From Squalus acanthias (taxonomy: Eukaryota), in contig JASTWF010000354.1 of the NCBI GenBank assembly GCA_030390025.1, positions 248,001 to 312,000 on the forward strand: 64,000 bases of DNA. The letters are read 5' to 3'. Below the pieces are notes generated by a model. That model was not told where the DNA came from. It did no database searches and saw only the letters and a list, made by a program, of their open reading frames with translations. Shown here piece after piece: positions 1-12,554 of the stretch. A program made the translations under genes and the position numbers. How positions within the stretch are numbered: position 1 is the stretch's first letter; the number at the start of each line of letters is the position of its first letter.

Positions 1-226
1 ACAGGAAAGCTGCTGTCTCAATACAGCTCCTCGTTCCCTGCCCCAGAGCCCAGCTTCAGACTGACCACCTTCCCCTCTCGGAATGGGAGTGGGCTCGGGG
101 CCGGGGGGAGCAGAGGGATTTGGGGGACAGGGTCACAGCTCATTAAAGGCAGCACCTCAGGGGATAAGGCTGTGAAACAGCTCATGGAATTCTGGGTTTT
201 ATCAGAAGAGGTGCAGAATAATCGGG

Positions 227-575
227 GTTGGGTGGTGTAGGGGTTAATGGTACTGGACTGATAATCCAGGGACTGTGAGCTCAAATCCCACCCGGGCAGG
301 TTCAGAATTTGAATTCAGTTTAGAAAATCTGGAAATAAAAACCTGGGATCAGTAAAAGTGACCATGAAGCTGTCGGATTGCTGTAAAACCCAACTGGTTC
401 ACAATGTCCTTTGGGGAAGAAAACCTGCCGTCCTTATCCGGTCTGGGCCTATATCTGACTCCAGTCCCACACCAACCTGATTGACTCTTAACTGCCCTCT
501 GAAGTGGCCGAGCGAGACACTCAGTTTGTATCAAACCCACTCCCAGTGGTTCAGGAAAGCGGCCCACTCCCACCT
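227..575 (+). mobile_element. tRNA-derived SINE (head plus conserved central domain, SlmI/Meta-SINE-like)
   Basis: A-box-like GGTGTAGGGGTT, B-box-like GAGCTCAAATCCC, central GGTTCACAATGTCCTTTGGGGAAG...GACTCTTAACTGCCCTCTG shared with 3276-3510 and 12030-12548. Confidence 0.75.
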
Positions 576-609
576 TAACATTGCCCACCTCCCCCTTGCT
601 CATCGCTGC

Positions 610-795
610 TGTAACCCTCACCCGTGACTTTGTCACCTCCAGACTCGATTACTCCAACACTCTCCCGGCCGATCTCCCATCCTCCACCCTCTTCAGCTCG
701 TCCAAAACTCTGCTGCCCATCACCCTTGTTCCACATTGATTCCCTGTCCCTCAATACCTCATATTTAACATTCTCATCCTCCTGTTTAAACAATG
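610..795 (+). mobile_element. L2 LINE fragment (3' part of ORF2)
   Basis: TTTGTCACCTCCAGACTCGATTACTCCAAC...CAAAACTCTGCTGCCCAT, homologous to 40620-40720. Confidence 0.65.
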
Positions 796-859
796 TGAGT
801 ATTGACATCGCAGTGTCAGCCAATGAGTTGGAGGCAGGGCGGGACTTATGGCAGAGTAT

Positions 860-1097
860 ATTTACTCAGCATTTAACAGAGTCTATTTACTCAGCAATCA
901 GCAAACGGAGTCTATTTACTCAACAATCAGGAAACAGAGTCTATTTACTCAGCAATCAGTAAACAAAGTCTATTTACTCAGCAATCAGTAAACAGAGTCT
1001 ATTTACTCAGCAATCAGTAAACAGAGTCTATTTACTCAGCAATCTGTAAACAGAGTCTATTTACTCAGCAATCGGCTGAATCTATTTAAACAGAGTC
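860..1097. repeat. 29-bp tandem repeat, about 7-8 copies
   Basis: unit AAACAGAGTCTATTTACTCAGCAATCAGT. Confidence 0.9.
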
Positions 1098-1204
1098 TCT
1101 CTGAGCTTCAGCATACAGAACTCCTGACCGAAGCTACAGCAAAGTCTCCTGATAAAAGCAGGATTATTTCTCCGGCAAATAAAAGTGAGTAATTGCAGTG
1201 CAGA

Positions 1205-1335
1205 AAAAAAAAATGCAGGGCTTTGAAGAAAGAGCGGGGGAGTGGGATTAACTGAATTACTCTTCGGAAGAGCCAGCGCAGACTCATTGGGCCAAATGGC
1301 CTCCTTCTGTGCTGTACTATTCTACGATTTTATGA
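1205..1335 (+). mobile_element. CR1 LINE 3' terminal fragment
   Basis: GAAAGAGCGGGGGAGTGGG...GGGCCAAATGGCCTCCTTCTGTGCTGTACTATTCTA, same tail as 28330-28461. Confidence 0.75.
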
Positions 1336-1498
1336 GTGTGGAGGATAGTTACAGAATACAAGTGATGTGGGTGAAATCAATCCCAGTCACTGACAGCATG
1401 ATTGGCGGGGGAATTACCCAATCATCTCCATTCTGGCTGGGAATAGCCGTGTTGCTCTCTGCAGCCGTGTTTAAATCCCTTCACGGCGTCTCCAGCTC

Positions 1499-1643
1499 GC
1501 TCTCTATCTCTCTCTCTCCCCTCTATCTCTCTATTTATGTCTCTCCCCTCCTCTATCTCTCTATCTATCTCTCTCTCTATCTATCTCTCTCTCTCTCTAT
1601 CTATCTCTCTCTCTATCTATCTATCTCTCTCTCTCTCTATCTA

Positions 1644-1678
<35 letters not shown>

Positions 1679-1764
1679 ATCTATCTCTCTATCTATCTAT
1701 CTCTCTCTCTCTCTATCTATCTCTCTCTCTCTATCTCTCTCTCTCTCTATCTCTCTCTCATCTC

Positions 1765-1815
<51 letters not shown>

Positions 1816-2078
1816 ATCTATCTCTCTATCTCTCTATCTCTCTATCTCTCTATCTCTCTATCTCTCTATCTCTCTATCTCTCTATCTCTCTATCTCTCTA
1901 TCTCTCTATCTCTCTATCTCTCTATCTCTCTATCTCTCTATCTCTCTATCTCTCTATCTCTCTATCTCTCTATCTATCTATCTCTCTATCTCTCTATCTA
2001 TCTATCTCTCTATATCTATCTCTCTCTCTATCTATCTCTCTCTCTATCTATCTCTCTCTCTATCTATCTCTCTCTCTA

Positions 2079-2109
<31 letters not shown>

Positions 2110-2796
2110 ATCTCTCTCTCTATCTATCTCTCTCTCTATCTATCTCTCTCTATCTATCTCTCTCTCTATCTATCTCTCTCTCTATCTATCTATCTATCTA
2201 TCTCTCTATCTATCTATCTATCTCTCTATCTATCTATCTCTCTATCTATCTATCTCTCTATCTATCTATCTATCTCTCTATCTATCTATCTCTCTATCTA
2301 TCTATCTATCTCTCTATCTATCTATCTCTCTATCTATCTATCTATCTCTCTATCTATCTATCTCTCTATCTATCTATCTCTCTATCTATCTATCTCTCTA
2401 TCTATCTATCTCTCTATCTATCTATCTATCTCTCTATCTATCTATCTCTCTATCTATCTATCTATCTCTCTATCTATCTATCTCTCTATCTATCTATCTC
2501 TCTATCTATCTATCTCTCTATCTATCTATCTCTCTATCTATCTATCTCTCTATCTATCTATCTCTCTATCTATCTATCTCTCTATCTATCTATCTCTCTA
2601 TCTATCTATCTCTCTATCTATCTATCTCTCTATCTATCTATCTCTCTATCTATCTATCTCTCTATCTATCTATCTCTCTATCTATCTATCTCTCTATCTA
2701 TCTATCTCTCTATCTATCTCTCTCTCTATCTATCTCTCTCTCTATCTATCTCTCTCTCTATCTATCTCTCTCTCTATCTATCTCTCTCTCTATCTA

Positions 2797-2829
<33 letters not shown>

Positions 2830-2924
2830 CTCTCTCTCTATCTATCTCTCTCTCTCTATCTATCTCTCTCTCTCTCTCTATCTATCTCTCTATCTATCTA
2901 TCTCTCTATCTATCTCTCTATCTA
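1499..2924. repeat. compound (TC)n/(TATC)n microsatellite, ~1.4 kb
   Basis: directly visible. Confidence 0.98.
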
Positions 2925-2925
2925 T

Positions 2926-2934
<9 letters not shown>

Positions 2935-3021
<87 letters not shown>

Positions 3022-3037
3022 ATGTATATATATATAT
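2935..3037. repeat. (TA)n microsatellite
   Basis: directly visible. Confidence 0.98.
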
Positions 3038-3275
3038 CATTGAGCTGGTGCCTGAGAATGGAAAGAGTTAATTAGTTTGAGTCAATAATCTTCTGCCCCA
3101 TTTCACAGACAGGCCGCAGACATTCGTCTCTCTCCGTCCTTTCAAGGTGCCAGCAAGGAGACTCGCAAGAAGAGAGTGTGTGGAGGTCGGGCAGTGGCTG
3201 TGAGATTTCCCAGGAGAAGGACAGACACGCACACAATCACTGAACAGAAGCAGCGGCAGTGAAAGGAGAGACAGA

Positions 3276-5240
3276 ACGGTGGCGTAGTGATTATGTTACT
3301 AGACTAGAATCCAGAGGCCTGGACTAATGATCTGGAGACGTGAGTTCAAATCCCACCACAGCAGCTGTTGTAAAAACCCCGAACTAATGTCCTTTAGGGA
3401 AGGAAATCTGCCGTCCTTACCCGGTCTGGCATTTATGTGACTCCAGACCCACAGCAATGTGATTGACTCTTAACTGCCCTCTGAAATGGCCCAGCACATC
3501 ACTCAGTTGTAAAAAAACGGCTGCAAAAAACAATAAGAATAAAACCAGACAGACCACCCGGCATCGACCTCAGCACCAACAACAGCACATCCAGCCCAGT
3601 CGACCCTGCAAAGTCCTCCTCACCAACATCTGGGGACTTGTGCCAAAATTGGGAGAGTTATCCCACAGACTAGTCAAGCAACAGCCTGACATAGTCATAC
3701 TCACAGAATCATACCTTTCAGCCAATGTCCCAGACTCCTCCATCACCATCCCTGGGTATGTCCTGTCCACCGGCAGGACAGACCCATCAGGGGTGGCGGC
3801 ACAGTGGTATACAGTCGGGAGGGAGTGGCCCTGGGAGTCCTCAACATTGATGCCAGACCCCATGAAGTCTCATGGCTTCAGGTCAAGCATGGGCAAGGAA
3901 ACCTCCTGCTGATTACCACCTACCGACCTCCCTCAGCTGATGAATCAGTGCTCCTCTATGTTGAACACCACTTGGAAGAAGCACTGAGAGTAGCAAGGGC
4001 ACAGAATGTACTCTGGGTGGGGGACTTCAATGTCCATCACCAAGAGTGGCTCGGTAGCACCACTACTGATCGAGCTGGTGGAGTCCTGAAGGACATAACT
4101 GCCAGTCTGGGCCTGCGACAGGTGGTGAGAGAACCAACACAAGGGGAAAAACCTACTTGACCTCGTCCTCACCAATCTACCTGTCGCAGATGCATCTGTC
4201 CATGACAGCATTGGTAGCAGTGACCACCGCACAATCATTGTGGAGACGAAGTCCCGTCTTCACACTGAGAACACCCTCCATCATGTTGTGTGGCACTACC
4301 ACCGTGCTAAATGGGATAGATTCAGAACAGATCGAGCAGCTCAAAACTGGGCATCCATGAGGCGCTGTGGGCCATCAGCAGCAGCAGAATTGTATTCCAC
4401 CACAATCTGTAACCTCATGGCCCGGCATATCCCTCACTCTACCATTACCACCAAGCCAGGGGACCAACGCTGGTTCAATAAGGAGTCTAGAAGAGCATGC
4501 CAGGCATACCTAAAATGTGGTGCCAACCTGGGGAAGCTGCAACACAGGACTACATGCAAGCTAAAAAGTGGAAGCAGCATGCTATAGACAGAGCTGAGCG
4601 ATCCCACAATCAACGGATCAGATCAAAGCTCTGCAGTCCTGCCACATCCAATCGTGAATGGTGGTGGACCATTAAACAACTAATGGGAGGAGGAGGAGGC
4701 TCCATGAATATCCCCATTCTCAATGATGGTAGAGCCCAGCACGTGAGTGCAAAAGACAAGGCTGAAGCGTTTGCAACCATCTTCAGCCAGAAGTGCCGAG
4801 TGGATGATCCATATCGGCCTCCTCCTGAGGTCCGCACCACCACAGAAGCCAGTCTTGAGCCAATTTGATTCACTCCACGTGATATCAAGAAACGGCTGAG
4901 CACACTGGATACAGCAAAGGCTGTGGGTCCCGACAACATTCCGGCTGTCATGCTGAAAACTTGTGCTCCAGAACTAGCCACACCACTAGCCAAGCTTTTC
5001 CAATACAGCTGTAACACTGGCATCCATCCGACAATGTGGAAAACGGCCTAAGTTTGTCCTGTTCACTAAAAGCAGGACAAATCCAATCCAGCAAATTACT
5101 GCCCCATCAGTCTACTCTGAATCATCAGCAAAGAGATGGAAGGTGTCATCAACAATGCTAACGAGCGGCACTTACTTACCAATAACCCGCTCACTGATGC
5201 CCAGTTTGGGTTCCGCCAGGACCACTCGGCTCCAGTCCTC
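3276..5240 (+). mobile_element. 5' half of a single-ORF LINE (APE endonuclease plus start of RT) with a tRNA-derived SINE-like head; frameshifted, 3'-truncated
   Basis: head GTGGCGTAGTGATT...GAGTTCAAATCCC; ORF pieces LLTNIWGL..PDIVILTESYL, TTYRPPS, WVGDFNVHH, LDLVLTN, SDH, KAVGPDNIP, ANYCPISLL, QFGFR. Confidence 0.85.
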
Positions 5241-5628
5241 TGACACTGTGCTGGGATGAAGTGGAATTGGTGACTTTCTCCTGTGTCCCTGCTCCTTCTC
5301 CCCAGTGACACAGGGAATAAGGATTGAGTCTTGGATTGTCCTGGTTTACAGGCTTCGGCTGACACTGGGCACTCAGAGAAACATCATTTTCCAGCCACTA
5401 AACACACCTGGAACATCTGGGCGGGAGCTCAGTGTCACAAATTGTCAGGAACATCTGTAAATGGCAGTCTGCTCCTGGACATCTGTCCCCTCCAATCCCC
5501 AAGAGGGAATAATCTTTCTCAATGATTCTTTTCAGAGTCTTCACTGTGGGTTAAATATTGACCGTGTGTGGTCAGTAAACACAATTCCACACAAAGCACC
5601 CTCAGAGATCAGCAAGATCATCGTCTTA

Positions 5629-5850
5629 CAGGAATCTCACAGCACAGAGGAGGCCATTCGGCCCATCGTACCTGTGCCGGCTCTTTGATCTGCTTATTCT
5701 CACATTCCTGATTGTGGGAGCTTACTGTGCGCAGATTGGCTGCCGCGTTTCCTACATTACAACAGTGATTACACTTCAAAAGTACTTCATTGGCTGTGAA
5801 ACGTTTTGGGAGGTCCCGAGGTGGTGAAAGGGAGAAATGCAAGTCTTTCT
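5629..5850. mobile_element. CR1 tail (minus, ~5629-5690) abutting the 3' part of a Deu-domain SINE (plus, ~5690-5850)
   Basis: CACAGCACAGAGGAGGCCATTCGGCCCATC; GTGGGAGCTTACTGTGCGCAGATTGGCTGCCGCGTTTCCTACATTACAACAGTG. Confidence 0.7.
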
Positions 5851-6674
5851 TATTACTTTCCAACTCTCCCATCGAGTGTAACGGGGAGGATAGTCCCAGC
5901 ATCAGATTCCCCAAATTCACAGGAGAGAGAGAGACAGAGAGACAGTGAGAGAGAGACAGGGAGAGTGAGATAGAGAGAGACAGAGAGAGAGACAGACCCA
6001 GAGACAGGGAGAGTGAGACAGTGAGAGAGAGACAGAGAGTGAGAGGGAGGCGGGGAGACTCACTCTCACTGATCGGGGGTCCCTGGGCTTTAGTTCTGAA
6101 GCAGTCCGATCTCCTGCTGCTGTTTCCCAGTCGCTCTGTCTCAGATCCCGAGCTCTCCTCGTTTCCCCTCAGGGATCTTTCAGTAACGGAGAGAGAGAGA
6201 GAGGGAACGGGGAGGGGCTGCAGGACAGTAAAGGCTGTTCCCCAGGACCCTTCACCAGACGGAAGGGCTGGAGGTCAGGAGGAGCTTTGTGTTTGGGAGT
6301 TTCTCAGAGCCCAGAGTGAATGTGACACAAGTCCCTGTGTCCACAGTCGCTGGCTCTCGCTCCCTCTCATTCTCAGGCTTCACCACAGGACCTTGAGCCG
6401 GGCTTTTATTGATCAATCTTTTCTTGGGCTGCAGTGAATAATTCCAGGTGTGTGGAGAGTCAGGCTGGGTGTGTGAGGAGTGGGAGGAGCTTCCTGTCTA
6501 ACCTGCTGCCGGCCTCTGCTCCTTATCTCAAGCCTCTTCTTTCCTTCTGCTCTCTCGCACATGCTCATTAAAGGCTCTGTGCCGATTGGTTAGCGAGCGG
6601 CTAATGATGGCAGGTGGCCACAGGTTGTCTTTCTGGGATTGACATCCAACTGACTGAGTCCCAGAGAAAGCAAA

Positions 6675-6991
6675 ACTACAACCTGCATTTATATAGCGCC
6701 TTTAACTAGCAAAACCTCCCAAGGTGCTTCACAGGAGCGTAAATCAGACACAAACTGACACCGAGACACATAAGGAGATATTAGGACAGGTGACCAAAAG
6801 ATTGGTCAAAGAGGTAGATTTTAAGGAGCGTCTTAAAGGAGGAGAGAGAGGTAGAGAGGCGGAGAGGATTAGGGAGGGAATTTCAGAGCTTGGGGCCCAG
6901 GCAGCTGAAGGCACGGCAGCCAATGGTGGAGTGATGAAAATAAGGGATGCGCAAGAGGCAAGAATTGGAGGAGTGCAGAGATCTCGGAGCG
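6675..6991 (-). mobile_element. L2 LINE 3' end
   Basis: reverse complement of the L2 tail seen at 43731-44047 (…AAAGGCGCTATATAAATGCA). Confidence 0.8.
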
Positions 6992-7765
6992 GTGTAGGGC
7001 AGGTGGAGGTTACAGAGATAGGGAGGGGTGTAGGGCGGGAGGAGGTTACAGGGATAGGGAGGGGTGTAGGGGCTGGAGGGGGTTACAGAGACGGGGAGGG
7101 GTGTAGGGCAGGAGGAGGTTACAGAGATGGGGAGGGGTGTAGGGCAGGTGGAGGTTACAGAGATAGGGAGGGGTGTAGGGCGGGAGGAGGTTACAGGGAT
7201 AGGGAGGGGTGTAGGGGCTGGAGGGGGTTACAGAGACGGGGAGGGGTGTAGGGTGGGAGGAGGTTACAGGGATAGGGAGGGGTGTAGGGGCTGGAGGGGG
7301 TTACAGAGATAGGGAGGGGTGTAGGGTGGGAGGGGGTTACAGAGATAGGGAGGGGTGTAGTGTGGGCTGATGTTACAGAGATAGGGAGGGGTGTAGGTTG
7401 GGAGGGGTTACAGAGATAGGGAGGGGTGTAGGGCTGCAGGGGGTTACAGGGATAGGGAGGGGTGTAGGGTGGGAGGGGGTTACAGGGATAGGGAGGGGTG
7501 TAGGACAGGAGGGGGTTACAGAGATAGGGAGGGGTGTAGTGGGGGAGGCGGTTACAGGGATAGGGAGGGGTGTAGGTGGGAGGGGGTTACAAAGATAGGG
7601 AGGGGTGTAGGGCGGGAGGGGGTTACAGAGATAGGGAGGGGTGTAGGGTGGGAGGGGGTTACAGAGATAGGGAGGGGTGTAGGGTGGGAGGGGTTACAGA
7701 GATAGGGAGGGGTTACAGAGATAGGGAGGGGTGTAGGGTGGGAGGGGGTTACAGAGATAGGGAGG
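6992..7765. repeat. 36-bp G-rich minisatellite derived from L2 3' region
   Basis: unit GATAGGGAGGGGTGTAGGGYGGGAGGGGGTTACAGA, contiguous with the L2 fragment. Confidence 0.92.
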
Positions 7766-8269
7766 GCGAGGTTCAGGAGGGTTAATTGTGTAACACGGGT
7801 TCTGGACAATCTCTCTCCTCACTCGAGTCTTGTCCTCACAGCTGATCCATCAGCTCTCACTAATCCCCGAGACTGAGGCAGTGAACTGGAGTCACTAATG
7901 GCCGTCTAGAATCACAGCACAAGACAGAGACAGAGAGATTGATGCGGGTGAGAATGTCTGAGAAGCACAGCACAAACTGTCAATGATCCCGGTGAGTCAC
8001 CATGAACAAGTCCATTGAGGTGAGGGTGAAATGTGCTGAGGGAATAAAGCGGAACAAATGGAGAGCGAGCGGCAGTGAGTTAGAAAAGGCAGCCTGAAGC
8101 TCAGTGCTGACTCGGAGCTGGACTGAGCTCAGTGCTGGCAATCCCAGCTGATCTGCTCATTATCTCATTGCTGTTTGTGGGAGCTTGCTGTGCACAGAAT
8201 GGGTGCCGCGTTTGCCCATATTTAAACTATTCAGGGGTTATTATGGTGTTTTTTATCTTTGAAAGTAGC

Positions 8270-9188
8270 TATATCGCTGGGCCCGGATGAAATGTATCCC
8301 AGCCTGTGAAGAGAAGCAAGGGTGGAAATGGTGGCGGCTCTGACCAGCATTGTCCAATCCTCTCTGGCTACAGGTGTGGTGCCGAAGGACTGCTAACATT
8401 GCACTGTTGTTTAAAAAGGGAGAAAGGGATAGACCGAGTAATTACAGGCCAGTCAGTCTAACCTCGGTGGTGGGAAAATTATTGGAAAATTTTCTGAGGA
8501 ACATTATTAATTGTCGGTTAGAAAGACACGGGTTAATCAAAGACAGTCAGCGTGGATTTGTTAAGGGAAGGTCGTGTCTGACTAATTTGATTGAATTTTT
8601 TAAGGCGGTAACAAGGAGGGTCGATGAGGGTAGCACGTTTGATGTAGTCTAGATGGATTTTAGCCAGGCTTTTGACAAAGTCCCACATGGCAGACTGGGC
8701 AGAAAAGTACAAGCCCATGGGATCCAAAGGCAAAGTGGTGAGTTCGATCCAAAATTGGTTCAGCGGCAGGAAGCAAAGTGTAATGGATGACGGATGACGG
8801 GAAGGCTGTTTCCAGTGGGGTTCCATAGTGCTCAGTACTAGGTCCCTTGCTTTTTGTGGTGTATATCAATGATTTAGATTTCAATGTCGGGGCATTATTA
8901 AGAAGTTTGATGACGATACAAAAATTGACCGTGTGGTTGATAGTGAGGAAGATAGATGTGTATTGCAGGGAGATATCAAAGGACTGGTCAGGTGGGCAGA
9001 AAAGTGGCAAATGGAATTCAGTCTGGAGAGGTGTGAGGTAATGCATTTGGGGAGGGTTCATAAGGTAAGGGAATACACAATAAATGGTAGGACACTGAGA
9101 AGTGTAGAGGAACAGAGGGACCTTAGAGTGGATGTCCACAGACCCCTGAAGGTAGCAGGACAGGTTGATAAGGTGGTTAAGAAGGCCA
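8270..9188 (+). mobile_element. CR1 LINE RT fragment, degenerate
   Basis: ANIALLFKKG..NYRPVSLTSVVGKLLE..GFVKGRSCLTNLIEFF; WAEKWQMEF..CEVMHLG. Confidence 0.9.
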
Positions 9189-9285
9189 TTCACAAAATAA
9201 ATTAAGAAATAGGAGCAGGAGTGGGCCATTCAGCCGTTTGAAACTGCTCCGTAATTCACTAAGATCATGGCTGATCTTCGACCTC

Positions 9286-11478
9286 ATACAATCATAGAAG
9301 ATAGGAGCAGGAGTAGGCCATTCGGCCCCTCTAGCCTGCTCTCCAATTCAATGCGATCATGGCTGATCATCCAAATTCAGTACCCTGTCCCTGCTTTCTC
9401 CCCATATGCCTTGATCCCTTTAGCCTTAAGAAATATATCCAACTCCTTCTTGAATCTATTTAATGAATTGGCCTCTACTGCCTTCTGTGGTAGAGAATTC
9501 CACAGGTTCACCACTCTCTGGGTGAAGAAATTCCTCCTCATTTCTGTTCTAAATCACTTACACCTTATCCTTAGACTGTGACCCCTGGTTCTGGACTCTC
9601 TGACCATCGGGAACATTCTTCCTGCATCTAGTTTGTCCAGACCTGTCAGAATTTTATAAGTTTCAATGAGATTCCCTCTCATTCTTCTAAACTCCAGCGA
9701 GTATAAGCCCAATCGACCCAATCTCTCTTCATACGTCATTCCTGCCATCCCAGGTATCAGCCTTGTGAATCTTCGCAGAACTCCTTCCATGGCAAGAACA
9801 TCCTTCCTCAGATAAGGCGACCAAAACTGCACACAGTACTCAAGGTGTGGTCTCACCAAGGCCCTGTACAACTGCAGCAAGACATCCCTGTTCCTGTACT
9901 CAAACCCTCTCGCTATGAAGGCCAACATACCATTTGCCTCCTTAACCGTCTGCTGCACTTGCATGCTTACCTTCAGTGACTGTTGCACAAGGACACCCAG
10001 GTCTCATTGCACTTCCACTTCTCCCAATCTATTGCCATTCAGATAATAATCTGCCTTTCTGTTTTTGACACCAAAGTGGATAACCTCGCATTTATCCATG
10101 TTATATTGCATCTGCCACGCTTCTGCCCACTTACCCAACCTGTCCAAATCATCCTGGAGTTTCTCGGTATCCTCCTCGCAGCACACACTCCCACCCAGCT
10201 TTGTGTCATCTGCAAACTTGGAGATATTACATCTAGTTCCCTTGTCTAGATCATTCATATATATTATGAATAGCTGGGGTCCAAGAACCGATCCCTGCGG
10301 TACCCCACTTGTCACTGCCTGCCACTCGGAAAAAGAACGTTTATTGCAACTCTTTGCTTTCTGTCTGCCAACCAGTTCTCTATCCAAGTCAATACCTTGC
10401 CCCCAATCCCATGTGCCTTAACTTTACACGCTAATCTCTTATGCGGGACCTTATCAAAAGCCTTTTGGAAGTCCAAATACACCACATCCGCTGGTTCTCC
10501 CTTATCTATTTTCCCAGTTACATCCTCAAAAAATTCCAGTAGATTAGTCAAGCATGATTTACCTTTCATAAATCCATGTTGACTTTGTCCGATCCTGTCA
10601 CTGTTGTTCAAGTGCTCTGCTATTGCATCTTTTATAATGGACTCTAGCATTTTCCCCACTACCGATGTCAGGCTTCCCGATCTGTAATTCCCCGTTTTCC
10701 CTCTACCACCCTTTTTGAATAGTGGGGTAACATTAGCTACCCTCCAATCCATGGGTACTGTTCCAGATTCCAGCGAATGTTGGAAGATGATCAGCAATGC
10801 ATCTACTATTTCTAGGACCACTTCCTTAAGTACCCTAGGATGTAGATTATCAGGCCCTGGGGATTTATCGGCCTTCAATCCCATCAATTTCCCTAACATC
10901 ATTTCTCTACAAATACTGATTTCATGCAGTTCTTCCCTTTCATTAGACCCTATGTTCCCCGACATCTCTGGGAGGTTATTTGTGTCCTCCTTTGTGAAGA
11001 CAAAACCAAAATATGTATTTAATTGGTCTGCCATTTCCTTGTTCCCCATTATAAATTCCCCTGATTCTGACTGCTAGGGACCTCCGCTTGACTTCACCAA
11101 TCTTTTTCTCTTCACATATCTATAGAAGCTTTTACATTCAGTTTTTATGTTCCCTGCAAGCTTACTCTCATATTCTATTTCCCCTTCTTAATTAATCCCT
11201 TTGTCCTCCTTTGCTGAATCCTAAACTGCTCCCAATCCTCAGGTTAGCTGCTTTTTCTGGCCAATTTATATGTCCTCTCCTTGGATCTTATGCTATCCCT
11301 AATTTCCCTTGTTAGCCACGGTTGAGTCACCTTTTTTGTTTTATTATTATGCCAAACAGGGATGAACAAATTCTGTAGTTCATCCATGCGATCTTGAAAT
11401 GTTTGCCATTGCCTATCCACCATCAACCCTTTAAGCAACGTTCCCCAATCCATCCTAGCCAATTCGCGCCTCATACCA
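9286..11478 (-). mobile_element. 5'-truncated CR1 LINE (ORF2 RT with frameshifts)
   Basis: ORFs 10312-11049, 10004-10387, 9554-9988 with [33 protein letters not shown]; 3' stem-loop tail. Confidence 0.95.
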
Positions 11479-11519
11479 GAATGACTGGAGCCGGGCTTTC
11501 AGCATTAACAAGAGAGAGT

Positions 11520-11705
11520 TAACCACCACCACTTGACATTCAACGGCATTATCATCACCGAATCCACCACCATCAACAGCCTGGGTTTCACCATTGAAAC
11601 TTAACTAGACCAGTGATATAAATACTGTGGCTACAAGAACAGTTCAGAGGCTGGGTATTCTGCGGCGAGTGTCTCAACTCCTGACTCCCCAAAGCCTTTG
11701 CCCCA
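11520..11705 (+). mobile_element. LINE RT C-terminal fragment (probably the family of 3276-5240 / 12555-13068)
   Basis: TTGACATTCAACGGCATT...CTGGGTTTCACCATTGA...GGCTGGGTATTCTGCGGCGAGT. Confidence 0.6.
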
Positions 11706-11709
11706 TCAT

Positions 11710-12548
11710 TTTTTTTATTCGTTCATGGGATATGGACATCGGTGGCAAGGCAGGATTTATTGCCCATCCCTAGTTGCCCTCGAGAAGGTGGTGGTGAGCC
11801 GCCTTCTTGACCCGCTGCAGTCCGTGTGGTGAAGGTACTCCCACAGTGCTGTTAGAGAGGGAGTTCCAGGATTTTGACCCAGCGACGATGAAGGAACGGT
11901 GATATATGTCCAATTCAGGATGGTGTGTGACTCGGAGGGGAACTTGCAGGAGCTGCCCTCGTCCTTCGAGGCGGTAGCGGACCCATAGTGCTGTTTACTT
12001 CTTTGTAGCCGTTTGGTACGATGGAGTGTCTCGCTGGGCCATTTCAGACGGCAGTTAAGATTCAACCACATTGCTGTGGGTCTGGAGTCACATAGGCCAG
12101 ACCAGGTAAGGACAGCAGATTTCCTTCCCTAAAAGGACATTGGTGAACCAGATGAGTTTTTATGACAATCTGGTAGTTTCATGGTCACCATTACTGATAC
12201 TAGCTTTTTTTTTCCAAATTTAAATTCCACAGCTTCCATGGTGGGATTGGAAGTCACGTCTGCTGGATCTTTAGTCCAGACCTACTGGATTACTAGTCCA
12301 GACCTACTGGATTACTAGTCCAGACCTACTGGATTACTAGTCCAGACCTACTGGATTACTAGTCCAGACCTACTGGATTACTAGTCCAGACCTACTGGAT
12401 TACTAGTCCAGACCTACTGGATTACTAGTCCAGACCTACTGGATTACTAGTCCAGACCTACTGGATTACTAGTCCAGACCTACTGGATTACTAGTCCAGA
12501 CCTACTGGATCACTAGTCCAGTAACATAACCACTGTGCTACCGTACCC
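11710..12548 (-). mobile_element. complete tRNA-derived SINE: head, central domain and LINE-derived tail
   Basis: head (rc GTAGCACAGTGGTTATGTTACTGGACTAG), central domain as 227-575, tail identical in type to LINE end at 12830-13068. Confidence 0.8.
12272..12520. repeat. 22-bp tandem repeat (~11 copies) inside the SINE tRNA head
   Basis: unit CTAGTCCAGACCTACTGGATTA. Confidence 0.95.
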
Positions 12549-12554
12549 CTAAAG

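Noticed and set aside
1242..3075. 609-aa and 512-aa ORFs rich in S/L/I/Y
   Set aside because: Translation of a (TC)/(TATC) microsatellite that lacks stop codons; not a gene
6724..7809. Gly-rich RNA-binding-like ORFs (GGGYRDREGCR)n
   Set aside because: Translation of the 36-bp L2-derived minisatellite; same artefact at 32737-33522 and 43215-43421
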